64,000 nucleotides of DNA. Source: Bacteroidales bacterium (GTDB lineage: Bacteria > Bacteroidota > Bacteroidia > Bacteroidales > JAIOZK01). The stretch spans positions 51,478 to 115,477 of the forward strand of contig JAIPBS010000005.1 of assembly GCA_021738625.1 (NCBI GenBank), in the 5' to 3' direction. Below are positions 20,452 to 28,176 of this stretch, piece by piece. The notes under the pieces are model-generated. The model had not been told where the DNA came from, searched no databases, and saw only the letters and a program-made list of their open reading frames with translations. Every line of letters begins with the position of its first letter. The first letter of the stretch is position 1. Both the position numbers and the translations under genes were made by a program.

Positions 20452-21399
20452 TCATGCCCTGAAGTTATGAACATGTGAAAAGAGGGTGTAATCGTGAATA
20501 TTTTTGTTTAATTCTTTATATTTTGAATTAACATACATGTTTTCTCCCAGAATGCGCTTTTTATCACCAAAGATCTCATTGTAATGTTCAGTTATTTCCG
20601 TCTGTATTTCTTTACAGGGCAGTTCGATGCAAAACTCCGATCCTTTTCCAACGGTTGATTTCACCCAAATGCAACCCCCCATGCTCTCCAGAAGATTTTT
20701 TGAAATGGTCAAACCGATACCCAAGCCGTTATAATTTCTTCTGTATGAGTTTTCAATCTGGTTGAACATGCTGAATATTGCGTTCAGTTTACTCTGCGGA
20801 ATTCCTATGCCACTGTCTTTGACGTAAATTTTCACTTTGTTGTGTGTCAATGGTTCGTATCCTATTTCAATGTGGCCTTCCTCAGTGAATTTAATAGCAT
20901 TTTCAAGCAGATGTGAAACCACAATTGAAAGTTTTTCTCTATCTGTTTTTACTAAAACTTTTTTTTTATGATTTCTGGAAAACCTGATTTCAATATGCTT
21001 CTTTCCCACCTGGAATTTTTCCCGTTCATGATGTTTAACCACTTCATTCAAAATATCTTCAACAACACATTCGCATTCATTGATTTGTATCTTTTCTGTT
21101 TCTGTCTTTGCGGCCAGTATAAGGTTGTCTATCAGTTTAAGCAGGTTGAAACTGCTTTTATTAATGCCTTCAATAAAGGTTACCCGTTCTTCGTAAGTGA
21201 GATCAGCATCTTTAAGCAGGTTTGAAAACCCGAGAATGGCATTCATTGGCGTTCTGACCTCATGCGAAATATTTGATAAAAAAGAGGCTTTCAGGTTTTC
21301 AACTTCCTCACTCTTTTGCACGATCTCCTTTTGTAGCCTACCTACCTGTCTTTTAAGTCGTTCCAGTTCAGTACTCCTATGTTTAGCTCCTTCATCCAT
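20452..21399 (-). CDS. Soluble, sensor-less histidine kinase (coiled coil + HisKA + HATPase_c)
   Basis: 315 aa with no TM segment. The H-box is SHEVRTPMNAILGF, and the N and G boxes are LLENAIKFT, DSGIGIP and GLGIGLTISK. Confidence 0.85.
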   Translation of the reverse strand: MDEGAKHRSTELERLKRQVGRLQKEIVQKSEEVENLKASFLSNISHEVRTPMNAILGFSNLLKDADLTYEERVTFIEGINKSSFNLLKLIDNLILAAKTETEKIQINECECVVEDILNEVVKHHEREKFQVGKKHIEIRFSRNHKKKVLVKTDREKLSIVVSHLLENAIKFTEEGHIEIGYEPLTHNKVKIYVKDSGIGIPQSKLNAIFSMFNQIENSYRRNYNGLGIGLTISKNLLESMGGCIWVKSTVGKGSEFCIELPCKEIQTEITEHYNEIFGDKKRILGENMYVNSKYKELNKNIHDYTLFSHVHNFRA

Positions 21400-21428
21400 T
21401 CATAAGACAATTTAGATTCCGATACTTC

Positions 21429-21459
21429 TTAATTCCGCTTTACCCGAAAAGGTAACCCT
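21429..21459 (-). promoter_or_regulatory. Bipartite motif copy A (GGTTACCTTTT-N9-CGGAATTAA): candidate alternative-sigma promoter or operator upstream of the orphan kinase
   Basis: In gene orientation it reads AGGGTTACCTTTTCGGGTAAAGCGGAATTAAG and ends 29 nt before the ATG at 21399. The blocks and spacing are the same as in copies B and C. Confidence 0.5.
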
Positions 21460-21726
21460 AAAAACGTAACTTTTTTTGTCAGATCTTTTTTTTACGACAA
21501 AAAAATCAGAAATCCTGAATGTGGAAATCATCCTTTATGTCATTTATTTGTCTCAAATAAAGGCGATTAAGTTGTAAATTTGTTTTGGATATAAGCTGCA
21601 AAGGGATTGTTTAGGCGAGAAATCAAAAATTAACTTTCGTTTTGTATGTAACAAAACCCAATATTTTACGAAAAATAGAAGACAAAATGAAAGATTTGCA
21701 GATTTTTTAAAAAAAAATGCATTTTG

Positions 21727-21757
21727 AGGGTTACCTTTTAATAGAAAACGGAATTAA
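21727..21757 (+). promoter_or_regulatory. Bipartite motif copy B (GGTTACCTTTT-N9-CGGAATTAA) upstream of the T9SS cohesin/dockerin-like gene
   Basis: It reads GAGGGTTACCTTTTAATAGAAAACGGAATTAATG and ends 30 nt before the ATG at 21788. Confidence 0.5.
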
Positions 21758-21787
21758 TGAACGCACAATAGTAAACATACAAAAATT

Positions 21788-23032
21788 ATGAAAACGAAAA
21801 TCAGACTTTATTTTGCTGTATTTGCTTGTATCTTTCTAACAAGCAGCGTATTGGCACAGACAGACCTAAGTGGCTCTGTTGATTATCACAACGATCCTGA
21901 TATCCCGATCGAAGATGTTTTGGTAAAGCTAGTTGATAACAGTGGTACTGAGATCGACAGTTGTTTGACCGACACAAATGGTGATTATATCTTTTATGAT
22001 GTGGTTGACGGGACTTATCAACTCATCTGCAACACTGAAATCGATCCGGGGGGAATCGATTTGGCCGACTCTTTCCTGATATTTTTGCATTTGTGCAATT
22101 TTTACACACTCAATCCGATAGAGTTTCTTGCTGCGGATGTGAATGGAAGCGGAACTGTTACATGGAGCGATTACTGGACCATCTTGATTGGTTGGCTTGT
22201 GAATGGGTATCCCTTCCCGGCTGGTGAATGGGTATTCCAGGAACCAACCGTAGTGATCAATTCGGCCACCAAAGATTCGTTGGTGCAAGGTGTCGGCGGT
22301 TCCAGTACGGGAGATGTTGATGGATCATTCATGCCTGGAACCAAACCCGAACCGCTGATTAATATTTACCAGGGATCACAGCAATTGGTTACAACCAGTG
22401 AGCAGGTAGAAATACCGGTTACCATTGATTGGCCTCATGCCGTTGGCGGCTTTGCGCTTACATTGAATTATCCGGGGCATCTTTTCGAGTTGACGGGCAT
22501 AAAGAGCGATATAAAGAGTTTCAATTATGAAATTTTTGATAATTATGTGAAACTATCCTGGATGGATACAAAATTCTCCAATACCACCTTTGATGATAAA
22601 CCACTGTTTTTCCTTGTTGGCCGCACAACCAATCATTTGGTCAATGGGCAGAAAGTGACTTTTACGGCGGGCATTCAAAGCCATCTGATGGATGGAAAAG
22701 GAAATATACTGGAATCCGTAACCATGAGTATGCCTTCACTTGAGGGTGAACAAGTAAGCACTTTATTCGGACAGGTATATCCCAATCCCGTAAAATCGGA
22801 ATTTACGGTTGATTATAAGCTCGAGAAGGAAGGACAGGTTAAAGTTGGTTTATATAATCAGAACGGACAGCTTGTTGCATTGCTTCTTGACGAGAACAAA
22901 AATGCAGGGGTACACAACTTTAAAGCAACTATAGATTCCTACGATTTAAATGCAGGGGTGTATATCCTGGTAATGGAAGCTCCGGGAAATAAAATCCAGA
23001 AAAATATACAACAACTGATTGTGTCAAAATAG
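21788..23032 (+). CDS. T9SS-secreted protein with CarboxypepD_reg-like, dockerin-like and cohesin-like segments
   Basis: 414 aa with a signal peptide. The dockerin-like Ca-binding loop is AADVNGSGTVTWSDY. The cohesin-like segment is VEIPVTIDWPHAVGGFALTLNYPGHLFELTGI. The C-terminal T9SS sorting domain is VYPNPVKSEFTVDYKLEKEGQVKVGLYNQNGQLV. Confidence 0.8.
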   Translation: MKTKIRLYFAVFACIFLTSSVLAQTDLSGSVDYHNDPDIPIEDVLVKLVDNSGTEIDSCLTDTNGDYIFYDVVDGTYQLICNTEIDPGGIDLADSFLIFLHLCNFYTLNPIEFLAADVNGSGTVTWSDYWTILIGWLVNGYPFPAGEWVFQEPTVVINSATKDSLVQGVGGSSTGDVDGSFMPGTKPEPLINIYQGSQQLVTTSEQVEIPVTIDWPHAVGGFALTLNYPGHLFELTGIKSDIKSFNYEIFDNYVKLSWMDTKFSNTTFDDKPLFFLVGRTTNHLVNGQKVTFTAGIQSHLMDGKGNILESVTMSMPSLEGEQVSTLFGQVYPNPVKSEFTVDYKLEKEGQVKVGLYNQNGQLVALLLDENKNAGVHNFKATIDSYDLNAGVYILVMEAPGNKIQKNIQQLIVSK

Positions 23033-23060
23033 AGTTTAATTTTCGTTTTCATCAACTAAA

Positions 23061-23098
23061 AAAAGGGATACATAATTAGGTATCCCTTTTTTTTGTTT
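23061..23098 (+). terminator. Rho-independent terminator after the T9SS protein gene
   Basis: The stem pairs gggatac (23065-23071) with gtatccc (23080-23086). Flanking A- and T-runs extend the stem, and it is followed by ttttttttgttttttt. Confidence 0.65.
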
Positions 23099-23134
23099 TT
23101 TTGGGCAGGCAATGTTTGATTATTGGAGTAGAAT

Positions 23135-26100
23135 TTGCATATTCGTAGTGTGAAAAAAATAACAAGGTTGAGGAGTAATTGCAAGAAAGCTAGGTGGTTT
23201 ATAAACTTCCTTATCACAATAGTAACCTTTTACGCACTTCTTCAGATAGATATTGCGTCTGGTCAAGCTATTAAAAGTCCGGATCAAGCATCTTTATACT
23301 TTGAGAAGGGTACCAGAGCTTATAATCTATCAAAATATGATAGTGCATCATATTATTATAGAAGTGCAGCAAATCTTTATGATGTACTTGGAAATGATGT
23401 TGAATATTTACGTTCACTCATAAATGTTGCGAATTGTCAGCGTGCAATAGGTGAGTTTTCATCCGCCCTTAATATACTGGTTACTGTTGAAGAATTCCCT
23501 GAGTTCAACTTGAATAATCATCATCTGCTGAAATCTGAGCTGTTGCATGTTAAAGGTAGTATCTTTAGCAACATTGGTAAGGCTAGTGAGGGTGTCGAAT
23601 TGCTCACTGAATCTATTGCATTGAGGGAACAATATAGTGATGCAAATGATTCATTGCTTGCATATTCATACAATAACCTTGGTAACAATTATTTTTATGA
23701 AGGTAACCGTGAAAAGGCCCTTGAGAGTTATAAGAAAGCTCTTGAAGTAGCGTTAACCTCAAAAAGAAGCATCATAGATCCTGACATTGCACTTTACTAT
23801 CAGAACATTGGAATAATTCACGCTTTAAGAGGTGATTTCAAAATTACAACTGAGTATTTTTTGAAGAACCTATCAATCAATAAGCAAATTTATGGTTCTG
23901 ATCACCCAAGTCTTGGAGTTACCTATCTGAACATGGGACGTTTAAAATACCTTTTGCATGAGCTTGATGAGGCAAAACAATACCTTGATAAGGCAGATAC
24001 AATTTTCACGAAACATTTTGGTCCAAATTATTATGGTCTTGGTACAGTTTACATGAATATGGGAAATGTTTTTAATTCTCAAAACGATTACGAAAAAGCA
24101 CTGGAATACTATAAGAAAGCACAACGAATATATAACAAGCAACTTGATAAAAGACATCCCAATATCTACAAAATCGTAAACAATATTGGATCAATTTTAC
24201 TTAAAAAGAAAGAATTCAGCGCAGCATTGGAGAATTATATGAAAAGCTATTCAGCCACCAAAGATCCAATATCAAAAACATTAATTGCCAGGAACCTTGG
24301 AAACATATTCCATGAGCTTGGCGATAGCGGACGTGCTGAGTATTATTATAAGCAATCGATAATACAAGCTGTTAGTAAATTACAGGATAATCATTACGAA
24401 ACCGGCCACAGCTATATTGCATACAGTAAGTTTTGCCTTCAAAACGGAAAATTAGATACGGGTTTGCAATATGCCGCAAAAGCCTATCGCATCTTTCTTG
24501 AAAACTTCGGCTTCAAAAATCCAAATGTTTCCGAAGCCTTAAGTACCATGGGGGAATTCTACTATCAAGAAGGAGGTTATGCAAAAGCCCTCAATCATTT
24601 TCAGCAGGCATTGATCAGCAATGCTTATGGTTTTACCGACACCAATGTATACCATAATCCTAAAGTAGACAGCATCATACTTGAATCCCAATTGCTTGAA
24701 CCACTGATTGGAAAAGCCAAATCTTTCAGAAAGCTTTCTCAAAGCAGGGGGGGCGATCTGAATGCATTAAAGGCCAGCCTCGAAAGTTGTAAATTGGCTT
24801 CCAGGATTGTGGATAGGATACGCCTGACCCTGAGGCAGGAAAGTAAACTGTATTTCTCCGGTGATGTGGATAATATTTATGCCAATGCGATCTATGTGGG
24901 ATATGATTTATATCAGCTTTCAGGAGATCCCGAATATCTCGAACAATCTTTTCTTTTTTCTGAAAAAAGCAGATTTTCGGTTTTGCTTTCAGGTTTACGC
25001 GACATTGAAGCAGTGGAATTTGGGGGGATACCGGATTCACTAAAACAACTCGAAAAAGAACTTAAAGAGAAAATCAGCTTGAATGAGAAATGGATATATG
25101 AAGAAAAGCAATCAATCGGGCAAGACCAGGATAAGATTAGCAACTGGGAATCGAATCTCTTTATGCTGCATACCCGTTACGATAGTCTGATCAATACCTT
25201 TGAAAAGGACTATGAAGATTATTACAGGTTGAAGTATGATACCGAAATTGCTGATGTTAAAACAATCAGAAAACAATTGCGATCCGATCAGGCCATACTT
25301 GAGTACTTTATAATCGATACCGTACTTTTTACTTATTTGATTGATCCTTCGGGTATCAGTTTAATAAAAACGCCTGTGGGTGAGGATTTTAACTATCACC
25401 TTGAAAACCTGAGACAATTCTACCAGGCCAGCATCTTAAATCATACCAAAGATGTATACTGGGGATATATCGAATCGGCTTCAGTTCTTTACAGCTATTT
25501 GATCAAACCCCTTCAGCAAAATTTATCGAAAAAAAGCCTGATCATCATTCCCGACGGTCAACTGGGTTACATCCCCTTTGAAAGTCTCATTTCCAATGTG
25601 CCCCAGGGCAAAAAACTCGATTACCGTAACCTTGATTATTTGCTAAATAAGCATCCTGTAAGTTATAGCTATTCGGCAACAATTCTTTTCGATAAGCTTA
25701 AGCGAAAAACCTTTAATGAGATGGTACTGGCCATGGCGCCTGTTTATCAAGGTGATAATATTCGAAACCAGCGGCTTAGCGAGGGAGATGACTTTATACT
25801 TGGCCCGATTTTTCATTCAGAATATGAGGTATCGGAAATTGACAATATGTTTGATGGGGTGGTACTAAAGGAAGAAAATGCAACAGAAGAAAATTTCAAG
25901 ATATTATCCGATGATTTCAGCATTTTACATCTTTCAATGCACACCATTATTGATGATGACAACCCCATGTATTCCAAGCTGATATTCTCCGAATATTCTG
26001 ATACTTCCTCCACTGAAGATGGATTCCTGCACACCTATGAATTATATAATTTGCAACTGAAAGCCCAGTTGGCTGTGCTGAGCGCCTGCAATACAGGTAA

Positions 26101-26476
26101 GGGGAGATTACACGAAAGTGAAGGTGTTATCAATCTGGCCAGGGGTTTTACATATGCAGGAGTGCCGAGCATTGTTATGACCCTGTGGGAAGTAGAAGAT
26201 AAAGCAGGCGCTGAGATCATGCTGAATTTTTATGACAACCTAAGAAAAGGCTTGCAAAAAGATGAGGCCCTCAGGCAGGCCAAGATGGATTACTTGAAAC
26301 AAAAGCCGCAATTCAGGGCACATCCTTATTTTTGGTCGGCTTACGTATTGATTGGAAATACAGATCCGATTGTTGAACCAAAGTGGAGAACACCTGCCTT
26401 GCTGGCAGGTTTCGGGTTTGTTTTGATTGTGGTTGTTTTTGCATTGCAAAACCAACGCAGACGTCAAAAAAAATAA
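23135..26476 (+). CDS. Envelope-anchored TPR-CHAT protein (tetratricopeptide repeats + caspase-like CHAT protease domain)
   Basis: 1113-aa ORF. The TTG start at 23135 is uncertain, and the in-frame GTG at 23150 (VKKITRL) is an equally good start. The N-terminal hydrophobic anchor or signal is WFINFLITIVTFYALLQIDIASGQ. About 500 aa of TPR-like repeats follow (YNNLGNNYFYEGNREKALESYKKAL and similar). The CHAT His is in LHLSMHT (codon 25940-25942) and the Cys is in VLSACNTG (codon 26087-26089). The C-terminal TM helix LLAGFGFVLIVVVFAL is followed by QNQRRRQKK. Confidence 0.9.
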   Translation: MHIRSVKKITRLRSNCKKARWFINFLITIVTFYALLQIDIASGQAIKSPDQASLYFEKGTRAYNLSKYDSASYYYRSAANLYDVLGNDVEYLRSLINVANCQRAIGEFSSALNILVTVEEFPEFNLNNHHLLKSELLHVKGSIFSNIGKASEGVELLTESIALREQYSDANDSLLAYSYNNLGNNYFYEGNREKALESYKKALEVALTSKRSIIDPDIALYYQNIGIIHALRGDFKITTEYFLKNLSINKQIYGSDHPSLGVTYLNMGRLKYLLHELDEAKQYLDKADTIFTKHFGPNYYGLGTVYMNMGNVFNSQNDYEKALEYYKKAQRIYNKQLDKRHPNIYKIVNNIGSILLKKKEFSAALENYMKSYSATKDPISKTLIARNLGNIFHELGDSGRAEYYYKQSIIQAVSKLQDNHYETGHSYIAYSKFCLQNGKLDTGLQYAAKAYRIFLENFGFKNPNVSEALSTMGEFYYQEGGYAKALNHFQQALISNAYGFTDTNVYHNPKVDSIILESQLLEPLIGKAKSFRKLSQSRGGDLNALKASLESCKLASRIVDRIRLTLRQESKLYFSGDVDNIYANAIYVGYDLYQLSGDPEYLEQSFLFSEKSRFSVLLSGLRDIEAVEFGGIPDSLKQLEKELKEKISLNEKWIYEEKQSIGQDQDKISNWESNLFMLHTRYDSLINTFEKDYEDYYRLKYDTEIADVKTIRKQLRSDQAILEYFIIDTVLFTYLIDPSGISLIKTPVGEDFNYHLENLRQFYQASILNHTKDVYWGYIESASVLYSYLIKPLQQNLSKKSLIIIPDGQLGYIPFESLISNVPQGKKLDYRNLDYLLNKHPVSYSYSATILFDKLKRKTFNEMVLAMAPVYQGDNIRNQRLSEGDDFILGPIFHSEYEVSEIDNMFDGVVLKEENATEENFKILSDDFSILHLSMHTIIDDDNPMYSKLIFSEYSDTSSTEDGFLHTYELYNLQLKAQLAVLSACNTGKGRLHESEGVINLARGFTYAGVPSIVMTLWEVEDKAGAEIMLNFYDNLRKGLQKDEALRQAKMDYLKQKPQFRAHPYFWSAYVLIGNTDPIVEPKWRTPALLAGFGFVLIVVVFALQNQRRRQKK

Positions 26477-26507
26477 CCATCAACCTCCGAAGAGGTATAA
26501 TGGTTAT
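26465..26507 (-). terminator. Candidate terminator for the sigma/anti-sigma operon (overlaps the CHAT stop codon)
   Basis: ataaccat (26473-26480) pairs with atggttat (26500-26507). An inner stem pairs cctc with gagg around a cgaa loop. The plus-strand A-run at 26466-26473 becomes a U-tract on the minus-strand RNA. Confidence 0.4.
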
Positions 26508-26532
26508 TATGAACTCCCAAGACAAATTTTTG

Positions 26533-27279
26533 CTATAAATTTTTCAATATTTTTTTCGCGTCGGTTTGATAAATATTGTCGCTGTTGGCTATTCTGGTCA
26601 GCAATTCTTTTGCTTTTTCATATTCATCTATTTTAAGATAGGAAAGACCCAGATACCATTCGGCTTGCTCAACAAAAAGGTTTTCCTGGTGCGAAATAAG
26701 CTCATTAAATAACTCAATGGCTTTTTTAGAATTGCCTGTTTCCATATAGCTCAAACCCATGTAAAACTTTGCCAGATTGTTCTGCGGTTCCTGGCTGAAC
26801 AGTTCGATCGCACTTTCGTAATTTTTATCCTGATAAGCCATCATCGCCTCCTTCAATGTAATATCTTCGGTATTTCCGCCTGAACGTACGATGGTTATTG
26901 CTTCTTCTGGGTTATAATAATTGGAGTAGAGAGAATTGTTGCTAACATGATCACCTTTGCTGAAAAGCAAAATGCCACCAATGATCAGTATGATGGATGC
27001 GGCAGCTGCAATACTACCAAACAAATACCGGTTTGGAGGGAACATGCGGATGATTTTATTGCGGCTGGTCCTTTGTTTGGCCTGAATAGATTTTAACTCA
27101 TTGCGAAGCTTCATAATATCTTTTTCCAGCAAGGCCGCATTTATTTCCTTATGAAGGTTGACCTCTTTTCTGAACCATGGATTGTTGCTGAGCATCTTTT
27201 CAAACTCGCTCAGTTCGTTTCCTCTCAGGTCCTGGTTAAGGTAACGATCAATTAATTCAAGTGTACTTTTTGTTGTCAT
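26533..27279 (-). CDS. Single-pass anti-sigma-like protein with an extracytoplasmic TPR domain
   Basis: 248 aa with a cytoplasmic N-terminal region of about 85 aa. The TM helix is YLFGSIAAAASIILIIGGILLF. The C-terminal TPR-like repeats include YESAIELFSQ, AKFYMGLSYMETGNSKKAIELF and AEWYLGLSYLKIDEYEKAKELL. Its start overlaps the sigma gene stop by 4 nt, which suggests translational coupling. Confidence 0.6.
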   Translation of the reverse strand: MTTKSTLELIDRYLNQDLRGNELSEFEKMLSNNPWFRKEVNLHKEINAALLEKDIMKLRNELKSIQAKQRTSRNKIIRMFPPNRYLFGSIAAAASIILIIGGILLFSKGDHVSNNSLYSNYYNPEEAITIVRSGGNTEDITLKEAMMAYQDKNYESAIELFSQEPQNNLAKFYMGLSYMETGNSKKAIELFNELISHQENLFVEQAEWYLGLSYLKIDEYEKAKELLTRIANSDNIYQTDAKKILKNL

Positions 27280-27848
27280 GTCAATTCTGTATATTTTGGG
27301 TCCTTTTTTATGCTTTCAATCAGTCTTTCCTTGCACAGGTATTTCTTTTTCTTTGCGTATTTTTCACTTCCATACCCCATCTTGCTTGCGATTTCGCGAA
27401 GTGAATACTTTTCGAGTGTCAGTTCAAGAATTCTTTTACAATCGCTCTGCAGTCTGCTGAAATGCTTCTGAAAAAGTTTATACTTTTCGGATTTTTCATA
27501 AACTATTAAAAGATCGTCCTGCTCGAAATCGCTCACGTTTTCTTGTTCGGCCAGTTCATCAGGCCTGATCCTTTTCTTTTCGAGCTGTTTAAGCCAGAGC
27601 AATTTGCAAACTGAGTACAAATAAGTATTAAAAGAACAATTTTCAATTTCAAGTTCTCCCGCCTTTAACTTTCTGTAGATAACAATCAGGGCTTCCTGAT
27701 ATATATCCTCTGCATCATTTTGAGTCCCGCTGTTTGAAATTACCAGATACTTGATTTGATCATAGTAAGTCTGGTAAATATGTTCCAACACTACCGTGTG
27801 GTGCTCTCTGATGCCATCAAGTATTTCATCAACACTTAATTCCCTCAC
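27276..27848 (-). CDS. Sigma-70 family (ECF-like, regions 2 and 4) RNA polymerase sigma factor
   Basis: 190 aa with a GVG-free GTG start and an in-frame TGA two codons upstream. Region 2-like sequence is DAEDIYQEALIVIYRKL...FNTYLYSVCKLLWLKQLEKK. Region 4 HTH-like sequence is YSLREIASKMGYGSEKYAKKKKYLCKERL. Confidence 0.85.
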   Translation of the reverse strand: MRELSVDEILDGIREHHTVVLEHIYQTYYDQIKYLVISNSGTQNDAEDIYQEALIVIYRKLKAGELEIENCSFNTYLYSVCKLLWLKQLEKKRIRPDELAEQENVSDFEQDDLLIVYEKSEKYKLFQKHFSRLQSDCKRILELTLEKYSLREIASKMGYGSEKYAKKKKYLCKERLIESIKKDPKYTELT

Positions 27849-27858
27849 TTGTCATTGA

Positions 27859-27889
27859 TTAATTCTGATTTAACAAAAAAGGTAACCTC
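27859..27889 (-). promoter_or_regulatory. Bipartite motif copy C (GGTTACCTTTT-N9-CAGAATTAA) immediately upstream of the sigma factor gene
   Basis: In gene orientation it reads AGAGGTTACCTTTTTTGTTAAATCAGAATTAATC and ends 10 nt before the GTG at 27848. Confidence 0.5.
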
Positions 27890-28176
27890 TATTTTCTAAC
27901 TTTATTTAAACAATTTCATAACACCGGTTTTAAGGGTCTGATAAACAGGTTTTTGTGTTTTAAAAAAAACATGCTTCCAAAACTGTAAATAAGGTTTTAA
28001 CATGATCCCTTCATAACTGCTTCCAAAAATATACAAACTTTTCTAATATCAGCATTCAGTTGCTTAGAATTAAGACCTGCTTGCGAGCTGAACTATTTCA
28101 TAATTATTACGAGAAAATATCGAAATGGTTCAGTGAATTGAAAAAAAATTGTAAGTTAGCTATAAAGAATAAGACC

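Noticed and set aside
28060-28176. N-terminal 39-aa extension of the EEP gene from a TTG start.
   Set aside because: The extension (MLRIKTCLRAELFHNYYEKISKW...) precedes a perfect signal peptide that begins at the ATG at 28177. A signal peptide buried 39 residues inside a protein is unlikely, so I prefer the ATG start.
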